From positions 8,703-72,702 of the forward strand of contig JACPZX010000016.1 of NCBI GenBank assembly GCA_016195325.1: 64,000 nt of DNA. Reading direction: 5' to 3'. Both the position numbers and the translations under genes were made by a program. The notes under the pieces are model-generated. The model ran no database searches. It worked only from the letters and a program-made list of their open reading frames with translations, and was not told the DNA's origin. Below are positions 28,271-35,401 of the stretch, piece after piece. Numbering within the stretch: position 1 is the first letter of the stretch; every line of letters starts with the position of its first letter. The DNA is from Acidobacteriota bacterium (GTDB taxonomy: Bacteria > Acidobacteriota > Polarisedimenticolia > JACPZX01).

Positions 28271-29602
28271 ATGAGAAGTGAAACGCGATTCATCGCCCGG
28301 GCGGCCGCCCTGACGCTCGCCGTGCTCCTCGCTGGATCGGCCGCGCTCTTCGCGATCACCGACGAAGAGGTCTTCCGCGACTTCCGGTTCAACCTCAGCA
28401 ACCCGGGAGCGCGGTCGATCGCGCTCGGCGGCGCGTTCATCGCCGTCGCCGACGACGCGACCGCCTCGCTCGCGAACCCGGCCGGCCTGATGCTCCTCGC
28501 GCGCCCCGAGTTCTTCACCGAGATCCGCGACTCGAAGGCCGACTCGTCGTCGATCCAGCAGGCGTTCGGCGGCGGCCAGGGAATCGTCTCCACGACCGAT
28601 CCGCGGGCGACCTTCGGCCCGTCGTTCATCTCCTACGTCTACCCGTGGAAGCGCTTCGCGGCCGGCATCTCGCGCCTCGAGCTCAACACCACCAACAACA
28701 ACACCTCGAACGCGTTCGCGCTGTCGTTCGACCCGAACAACCCGTCGAACCTCTTCGTCCTGGGCGGGCGCGGATCGATCCAGTCCGACCTCTCGGTCTG
28801 GAACGTCTCCGGCGCGGCCAAGATCACCGACAAGATCTCCGTCGGCGCGACCGTGGCCATCGGCGTCCTCAGCCTGCGCTCGAGCGTCACCAACACCCTG
28901 ACCGACAGCAGCGACCCGAACAGCCCGACCTTCAACATCCCGCAGACGCTCTACACCACCGACATCAACTCCACCGACACCGACTTCGCCTTCAACGCCG
29001 GAGTCCACTGGCGCCCGTGGTCGAAGCTCTCCTTCGGCGCCGTCTACCGCGGCGGCATGAAGTTCAAGGTGGCGGAGACCGTCGCCAACGACGGATTCTT
29101 CGGGGGCGGCTTCGCGGCGTCGCTCGGGAGCCCGCTGAGCACGACCTTCAACACCCCCGACAGCTGGGGCGCGGGCGCGGCGTGGCGGCCGCTCGCGGCG
29201 CTCACCGTCTCGCTCGACTGGGTGCACATCAAGTACTCGCAGCTCCTCGACGGCTTCCAGTCCGGGCTGAACGTGCTGACGATCTTCGACCAGCAGGCGA
29301 AGTTCACGATCCACGACACCGACGAGTTCCATCTCGGCGGCGAGTGGGTCTTCACCGCGGGATCGGTCCCGTGGGCCGTCCGCGGCGGCGCGTACAGCGA
29401 GCACAACGCCCGCGTCTTCGCGGACTTCAAGAACGGGCAGTCGAGCTTCTCGAGCAACGACTCGTTCCCCCCGCGCGACGTCGTCACGCACTACACCGTC
29501 GGCACGGGCGTCGTCGTCAAGGACCGGTTCCAGATCGACGCGGCGGCCGACTTCTCGAAACTGGCGAATGCCTATGTCGTCTCGACGATCTTCCGGTTCT
29601 GA
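28271..29602 (+). CDS. FadL/TodX-family outer-membrane beta-barrel (hydrophobic-compound channel)
   Basis: ATG at 28271 with a GGAGG SD. Signal peptide, the FadL N-terminal signature GARSIALGGAFIAVADDATASLANPAGL, alternating beta-strand pattern and a C-terminal aromatic residue (…VSTIFRF). Confidence 0.7.
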   Translation: MRSETRFIARAAALTLAVLLAGSAALFAITDEEVFRDFRFNLSNPGARSIALGGAFIAVADDATASLANPAGLMLLARPEFFTEIRDSKADSSSIQQAFGGGQGIVSTTDPRATFGPSFISYVYPWKRFAAGISRLELNTTNNNTSNAFALSFDPNNPSNLFVLGGRGSIQSDLSVWNVSGAAKITDKISVGATVAIGVLSLRSSVTNTLTDSSDPNSPTFNIPQTLYTTDINSTDTDFAFNAGVHWRPWSKLSFGAVYRGGMKFKVAETVANDGFFGGGFAASLGSPLSTTFNTPDSWGAGAAWRPLAALTVSLDWVHIKYSQLLDGFQSGLNVLTIFDQQAKFTIHDTDEFHLGGEWVFTAGSVPWAVRGGAYSEHNARVFADFKNGQSSFSSNDSFPPRDVVTHYTVGTGVVVKDRFQIDAAADFSKLANAYVVSTIFRF

Positions 29603-30407
29603 CCCGCGGCGTCACGCCGCGGTGACGATCTGGCTCCTCGGGGCCGCGATCTGGGCGTCCGTCCTGCCCGCCGTCGCGGCCCCTCTCCCCCAGGCCTCGC
29701 CGACGACGCCGGGCTCGCCTCCCTGGTACGAGGCGTACCAGAGGGCGGTGGCCGACGCCGAGCTCGAGAACTGGGAGGGGGTCGAGGCGAAGATCGATCA
29801 GGCCCTCAAGCTCAACGCGAAGTCGGAGAGAAACGTGCGCACGTACGGGATGTGGCACGCGTCGTACATCCCGTACTACTACCTCGGCATGGCCCAGTAC
29901 CACATGGGGAAGGGGAACGAGGCCCTCAAGAGCCTGCAGAGGGAGGAGGCGGCCGGCGTCGTGCAGCACGACCCTGTCGCGTACCTGAAGCTCCGGAAGA
30001 TCTCGGACGCGATCGAGGCGGGGCCCAAGGCCCCGCCGTCCGCCGCCGCGACCTCGACGGCGGCTCCACCCGCCGCCTCGAAGCCGGCCACCGCCGCCTC
30101 GACGAAGGCCGACGCCCTCGTGGGCGGCCTGCAGGCCTTCTTCCAGGGTAACTACGACAGGTCGATCTCCCTCTTCCAGGAAGAGATGAAGCGCACGACC
30201 ACCGACGATCTGACGCTCCACCTCTACCTCGGCATGGCCTACGCCGGCAAGGCGTCGGAGCAGCCGGGGCAGAAGGAGATCTGGCGGAACCTCGCCATCC
30301 TCGAGTTCCAGCGCGTGCACGCGCTCGACTCCGCGTACACGCTCGCCTCTGGGGTCTTCTCGGAGGAGATGGTCGTGCTGTTCAACGAGGCGCAGAAGAA
30401 GAAATGA
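29568..30407 (+). CDS. Secreted TPR-like protein, paralog A
   Basis: Signal peptide (…VTIWLLGAAIWASVLPAVAA) and TPR-like helices containing the motif SYIPYYYLGMAQYH. The start is ambiguous (ATG 29568/29574 or GTG 29622), and it overlaps the end of the FadL-like gene. Confidence 0.6.
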   Translation: MPMSSRRSSGSDPRRHAAVTIWLLGAAIWASVLPAVAAPLPQASPTTPGSPPWYEAYQRAVADAELENWEGVEAKIDQALKLNAKSERNVRTYGMWHASYIPYYYLGMAQYHMGKGNEALKSLQREEAAGVVQHDPVAYLKLRKISDAIEAGPKAPPSAAATSTAAPPAASKPATAASTKADALVGGLQAFFQGNYDRSISLFQEEMKRTTTDDLTLHLYLGMAYAGKASEQPGQKEIWRNLAILEFQRVHALDSAYTLASGVFSEEMVVLFNEAQKKK

Positions 30408-31792
30408 AGGCCGTTCGCGTCGCCGCCGCCGTGCTTTTCCTGCTCGCGCTCGCCCTCCCCTCGCCCGCGTTCGCGGGATGGGAGTCGAGCTACAAGGACG
30501 GCAAGGCGGCGTACGACGCGGGCGAGTACGCGAAGGCGATCAAGCTCCTGAAGGAGGCGATCGACGCCAAGGGGGACGAGAAGGCCAACGCCCTCAAGTC
30601 CAGCGGCATGTTCTTCGAGTCCTACCTCCCGCACTACTACCTCGGCATGGCGCTCTTCCAGAAGAAGGACTTCAAGGGCGCCATCGACGAGCTCAACGCC
30701 AGCGAGGAGGCGAAGGTCATCCAGAAGTCGAAGGACCTCTTCGCCCAGCTGAGGCAGACGCGCACCGCCGCCGAGGCCGCCGCCGCGGCGGGCGGGGCGC
30801 CCCCCCAGGTCGCGCAGAACACCCCTCCCCCCCCGGCGGCGACACCGCCGAAGGAGACTCCCCCCGAGACGGTGAAGGAGACGCCGAAAGAGACGCCCCC
30901 TCCCGTGAAGGAGGCGCCGAAGCCCGCCCCCATTCAACCCGTCCCGATGGGCCCCGACCCCGCCCTGACCTCCGCCCTCAACGCCGCGGCGGCCGACATC
31001 GCGGCGGCGCAGAAGTTCGCCGTCGACAACGCGAAGTACCTCGACGACGGCGAGAAGCGCCATCTCGACACCCTCGCCACCGACATCCGCGGCGGGCAAA
31101 CGCCGGCCGCCGTCGGCGCGAAACGCCAGGAGCTCGACCGCGCGATCGCCGAACTCCGCGGCAAGAGCGCCGAGCGGAAGAAGGCCGAGGACGATCGCCT
31201 CGCGCAGCAGAGGAAAGATCAGGAGGCCCTCCAGGCGCGCGCGGCGCAGAACAAGGCCCTCGCCGACGCCGTGGCGAAGGCCAACCCCGTCTTCACCGAG
31301 GCCGAAGGATTTCTCGCCGACAACCGCACGAACCTCGCCCCCGCCGACGCCCAGAAGATCCAGGGGCTCCTGGAAGGGGCGCGCCGCGGCGCGACCCCCG
31401 ACGCCGTCACGAAGAGCGCCGCCGAGCTGAAGGGGGCGGTCAGCGCCGCGCGCCGCTCCCTCGACGATCGGCGCGCCGCCACGGCGCGAGAGGCCCAGGC
31501 CCAGTACGGGCGCGCCGTCGAGGCCTACTTCAACGGCCACTACGACGACGCGCTCCCCGCTCTTCTCCAGGCGAGCGGCGGCCTCCCGAAGGACGCGACG
31601 CTCAAGGGGATGCTCGGGTCCACCTATTACAAGAAGTACCTCCTCTCGAACGGCGCCGACACCCTCTCGAAGCAGCAGGCCGAGGAGGCCTTCCGCTCGG
31701 CGGTGTCGGTGGATCGCAGCTTCTCGCTCGACCCCCGCTACTTCCCGCCGAAGATCGTCGCGTACTTCAAAGAGGTCACCGGCCGGAGGTGA
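30404..31792 (+). CDS. Secreted TPR-like protein, paralog B, with a Pro-rich linker and coiled-coil region
   Basis: Signal peptide MKAVRVAAAVLFLLALALPSPAFA, the motif SYLPHYYLGMALFQ shared with paralog A, a PPPPAATPPKETPPETVKETPKETPPP linker, and long Ala/Glu/Arg-rich helices. ATGA overlap with paralog A. Confidence 0.7.
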   Translation: MKAVRVAAAVLFLLALALPSPAFAGWESSYKDGKAAYDAGEYAKAIKLLKEAIDAKGDEKANALKSSGMFFESYLPHYYLGMALFQKKDFKGAIDELNASEEAKVIQKSKDLFAQLRQTRTAAEAAAAAGGAPPQVAQNTPPPPAATPPKETPPETVKETPKETPPPVKEAPKPAPIQPVPMGPDPALTSALNAAAADIAAAQKFAVDNAKYLDDGEKRHLDTLATDIRGGQTPAAVGAKRQELDRAIAELRGKSAERKKAEDDRLAQQRKDQEALQARAAQNKALADAVAKANPVFTEAEGFLADNRTNLAPADAQKIQGLLEGARRGATPDAVTKSAAELKGAVSAARRSLDDRRAATAREAQAQYGRAVEAYFNGHYDDALPALLQASGGLPKDATLKGMLGSTYYKKYLLSNGADTLSKQQAEEAFRSAVSVDRSFSLDPRYFPPKIVAYFKEVTGRR

Positions 31793-31847
31793 GCGAAGCT
31801 CAGCCGCCCGTTCCAGCTCCTCGCCGAGTTGACGACTCGCGCGTGGA

Positions 31848-32280
31848 CATGACCGAGCTGGTGATGCCCGGCGACGCGAACGTCCTCGGAAACGTCTTCG
31901 GCGGCCGCGTGATGGCCCTCATCGACAAGGCGGCGGCGATGGTCGGCATCCGCCACTGCCGCTCGATCGTGGTCACGGCGTCGGTCGACAGCATCGACTT
32001 CATCGCGCCGATCAAGCTCGCCGACATCATGAGCTTCCACGCGCGCATCACGCAGGCTTTCCGGACGTCTTTGGAAGTGCGCGTGGACGTCCACTGCGAG
32101 GATCCGCGCTCGGGGCGGCGGCTGTTGGCGACCTCCGCCTTCGCCACGATGGTGAGCCTCGGCCCTGACGGGAAGCCCCAGCCCGTGCCGCCTCTCGTCC
32201 TCGAGTCCGACGCCGAGCGCGCCGAGGCGGCGGCCGCCGACAAGCGACGAGCCCTGCGCCTCGCCCGCCGCGGCGCGTGA
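31848..32280 (+). CDS. Hotdog-fold acyl-CoA thioesterase (YciA-like)
   Basis: MTELVMPGDANVLGNVFGGRVMALIDKAAAM…, characteristic of YciA/4HBT family thioesterases. Confidence 0.75.
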
Positions 32281-33815
32281 GCATCACCGGGTCTCGGACC
32301 GAAATACCTCCTTCGCGGTTGTCGCCGGGGAATTCCTTCTCGCGGGAGGCCCGGCTCCTTGGGCCGGACGAAATCCATGCGTGGTCCGCTGGAGCGGGGG
32401 ATCTCCTCGAGCTGTACGGGCTGACTCTTCTCGAGTGTCGAGTGATCCCGCTGCGGGAGGCGGTGCGTCCGGTGCGCGGGGAGTTGGAGACCGTGCATCG
32501 TCCCCGGCTCGCGGTGGCGGCCGCGGTGGCGGCGCTGGCGGTGACGGTGCGGGGCCGAGGGGCGCTGCTCGATCTACCTTCTGATCAACGCGCCGCGGCG
32601 AAGGAGTCGATCAAGGAGCGGAACGATCGCGCGGCGGCTTGCGCGCTGGCGGAGGGGCTCTTCTCGCTCGCCTCGGCATCGGATTCCGTCTGCGAGATCG
32701 CGATCGGCGAGGGGGTGCGAAAGAAGCCCGACGAGCGCGGGTCGAACCCGACGCTCTACGCGGGACAGAGGTTTGGCTCATCTGGTTCGGTCACGTACTC
32801 GGTGGCCGTCGATGCGGTCGAGGGAACATCCAAGAGCACGGTGGCGGAGGGCTCGTCCGGGTGCCTTTTCTACATCACGCCGGCGGCGATCCGGAGGGTG
32901 CCCGACCTCTACTTCAACCGGTGTCACCTGTTCGAGGTCCCGGGAGTGCACGTCGATTCGGATCTGGGGGAGATCCTGGCGGCGATCTGTCGGTCTCGCG
33001 GGGGGATCGACGTCTTCTCGCTCGATCGGCCGCGGCATCCGCACGCGCTGATGGCGTCGCTCGGGGCGAACGTGCGGACCGATGCGGACGGCGACGCCTT
33101 TCCCGTGGTCGCCACGGGACTTCGCTGGGGCGTCTTCCCGGACGACGGGCGGTGTCTCGATGGCGTCGTCGGGAACATCGGCGGCGCGGCGGAGGTGATC
33201 GCCTCGTCGGCGGCGGCGCATTACCTCGGTGTCCGATCGTCGGTCCGGTTCGCGGCCTCGTCGATCTCGCGGTGGGAGGATCGGTACGCGTTCTCGTCTT
33301 CGGATGTCGAGACGATTCGCGCCGCGGGTTTCGACGAGTCGGTGGTCTACCGGATCGAGGATCTCGTGCCGGGGATCGATTCCGCAGACGGTCTCTTCGT
33401 GGCGTCGGCGATCACAGACAACGCGCACATTCCTCTTCTCGACGCGGCGGTGTGGGGGTCGAACTTCGCGGAGGCCTCGGTGCTGATCGTGGGCGCTTCT
33501 GGGGAGGCTTCGATTTTCCGGCTGTCATTCGGATTCGCCTCGGCGGACGCCGCCGCACGGCGGCTCACGCCGATTCTGGACGGGCTGCTCGCGTTGCCGC
33601 CAGAGGAGATGAAGCAGTCGATCCGGCAGGCGCTCAGCTCGCCGAGCGGCGCGAGGCGGCTGAGGCACGAGTTTCAGTCGACGTACTACCGGTACTTCAC
33701 GGAGGAGGGGGGCCGATTCAAGTTGGACCTGGCTTCGACCGACGATGGGGAATCGCATCATGCGATCCGGTTCCTGCGCACACTCGTAGAACTGGCGCCG
33801 GAGTGGCTCGGCTGA
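32277..33815 (+). CDS. Class II fructose-1,6-bisphosphatase (GlpX) family protein with N- and C-terminal extensions
   Basis: The central ~330 aa align to GlpX: CEIAIGEGVRKKPDE…TLYAGQRFGSSGSVTYSVAVDAVEGTS ~ [21 protein letters not shown]…DIAVDPIEGT; DRPRHPHALMASLGANVRTDADGDAFPVV ~ AKPRHDAVIAEMQQLGVRVFAIPDGDVAA; NIGGAAEVIASSAAAHYLG ~ GIGGAPEGVVSAAVIRALDG. The GTG start overlaps the thioesterase stop (GTGA). Total length 512 aa, against ~330 for canonical GlpX. Confidence 0.65.
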   Translation: MSITGSRTEIPPSRLSPGNSFSREARLLGPDEIHAWSAGAGDLLELYGLTLLECRVIPLREAVRPVRGELETVHRPRLAVAAAVAALAVTVRGRGALLDLPSDQRAAAKESIKERNDRAAACALAEGLFSLASASDSVCEIAIGEGVRKKPDERGSNPTLYAGQRFGSSGSVTYSVAVDAVEGTSKSTVAEGSSGCLFYITPAAIRRVPDLYFNRCHLFEVPGVHVDSDLGEILAAICRSRGGIDVFSLDRPRHPHALMASLGANVRTDADGDAFPVVATGLRWGVFPDDGRCLDGVVGNIGGAAEVIASSAAAHYLGVRSSVRFAASSISRWEDRYAFSSSDVETIRAAGFDESVVYRIEDLVPGIDSADGLFVASAITDNAHIPLLDAAVWGSNFAEASVLIVGASGEASIFRLSFGFASADAAARRLTPILDGLLALPPEEMKQSIRQALSSPSGARRLRHEFQSTYYRYFTEEGGRFKLDLASTDDGESHHAIRFLRTLVELAPEWLG

Positions 33816-33824
33816 ATCCGGCGA

Positions 33825-35282
33825 TCAATCCTCCGAGATCGCCCCTGAAGGCCCGGTTTCGATCGGCGCGGCCGACTTCGCCCCCGCCCTCCCCGACCCC
33901 GGCGGCGGCATCCTCACCTCGATCGGCTTCACCCACTTCGCGACAGTGGCCGCCCCGCCGTCCACGCGGAGCTGCTTGAAGAGGAACTCGAACTTCGCCT
34001 CGAGCGTCGCCCGCATCGCCTCCCGGATGGACGAAGGCAGCCCCCAGAGCTGAGCCTTGAACGGACCCCAGGTCCTCTTCCGCGCCTTGTAGTTGAACTG
34101 CTCGTCGGTCATCCCGGCCTTCCGCTCGTCGGCGCAGTGCACCCCGCACCACGCGTACATCTCCGCCCGAAGCTCCTTAGGCAACGCCGGATGATCGAAG
34201 AGGATGTTCTGGAACTCCGTCGCGAGATGGACCTCCGCGGCCCCGGCCTCCGGAAACTTCCCGAACGCCTCGGCAGGCAGAGTCGAAGCCCCGTGCTGCA
34301 CCGACCCCGCCATCCCGTACTCTCGGCGCGCGATGTCGGTGATCGAGCGAAGCACGCCAAAATCCAGAGCGACCTTCGCGACGGTGCCGTCCGCCAGAGG
34401 CACCCCGCCGTGTGATGTCCCCGTTTGAACCGAGATCTTGCTGGGCCCCCGAACGCCCCCGAGCCGCGCGAACTCGGCCGAAAACCCGGACATGAAGGTA
34501 CGGAACTCCTCCGGCGTCGAGTTCTTTCCGCCGACCTCTCCGATCTCGGCGCCGATGGAGATGACGACCCCCGCCGGCTGCCTCTTCCTCACGAGAGCCC
34601 CCAGGCCCGCCGCCTCCGTGAAGTTTTCCCGCTGCTGCTCGACGAGGGACGGGCGATCGAGGATGACGAGCGTCGACGAATCAATGTCGATGTTGTAGAA
34701 GCCGGCCGCTACCGCATCGACCACCAGCGCGCGAAGGGCCGTGAGCTCCCCTTCCCGCGACGCCCCGCCGGCCTGGTACTTCTTGGGCGAAACCTGGAAG
34801 TGATCCCCCTGGATGAAGAGGGGGCCGGTGAGCCCCTCCCGAAGCGCCGCCGCGATGACGACCGTCGCGTACTCGGCGGGCTTCTGGAAGGTGTACCCCA
34901 TCTCCGAGCGCGCCAGCTCGAAGACGACCGGCCCGGCCGAGAGCTTCTTCATCGTGCGGACGACGGCGCGCGCGCTGTCGTAGGCGAGGCCGCGGAGGTT
35001 CAACGCCGGGGTCGTGAAGCCCGAGGCCTCGCCCCGCCCCATCGCGTCGTAGAGAGGCTGGATCGACGCGGGGACGAGACCCCGTAGCCTCGCGAGCTCG
35101 TGGATGAGCCAGCGCGCGGTCTCCTGCTCGTCGTCCGAGCCGAAGACCGCCTTCTCGACGAGGCGATCGATCACCTCGCCGGTGAGGGCCTTCGGATCGG
35201 TGAGCGAGACGTCCCACGCCGCCGAGACGGAGACGATGTCCTTGAACGAGTCGATGAGCGCGCGCGCGCCGCCTGATGACAC
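33825..35282 (-). CDS. Class II (metal-dependent) fructose/tagatose-bisphosphate aldolase family protein, long form
   Basis: 485 aa. FIQGDHF, SIGAEIGEVGG, SVQTGTSHGG and GSVQHGASTLP correspond to the conserved TDH / E-x-G-x-x-GG-E-E / GN-x-HG / HG-x-SG blocks of class II aldolases. Confidence 0.65.
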   Translation of the reverse strand: MSSGGARALIDSFKDIVSVSAAWDVSLTDPKALTGEVIDRLVEKAVFGSDDEQETARWLIHELARLRGLVPASIQPLYDAMGRGEASGFTTPALNLRGLAYDSARAVVRTMKKLSAGPVVFELARSEMGYTFQKPAEYATVVIAAALREGLTGPLFIQGDHFQVSPKKYQAGGASREGELTALRALVVDAVAAGFYNIDIDSSTLVILDRPSLVEQQRENFTEAAGLGALVRKRQPAGVVISIGAEIGEVGGKNSTPEEFRTFMSGFSAEFARLGGVRGPSKISVQTGTSHGGVPLADGTVAKVALDFGVLRSITDIARREYGMAGSVQHGASTLPAEAFGKFPEAGAAEVHLATEFQNILFDHPALPKELRAEMYAWCGVHCADERKAGMTDEQFNYKARKRTWGPFKAQLWGLPSSIREAMRATLEAKFEFLFKQLRVDGGAATVAKWVKPIEVRMPPPGSGRAGAKSAAPIETGPSGAISED

Positions 35283-35401
35283 GGAAGCCCCCTTTGGCGA
35301 TGTGGTGATCCGGAGGACTCGCCCCGAGGGGCCGTCCCGGAGGCGGCGATCCTATCGCAACGCGGCCGGCAAAGACCAGCCGCGTTGCGAGGGGCCGCCC
35401 A

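Noticed and set aside
30478-32280. 600-aa plus-strand ORF
   Set aside because: Only its last 144 codons, from ATG 31848, form the hotdog thioesterase. The upstream part is an alternate frame of TPR paralog B.
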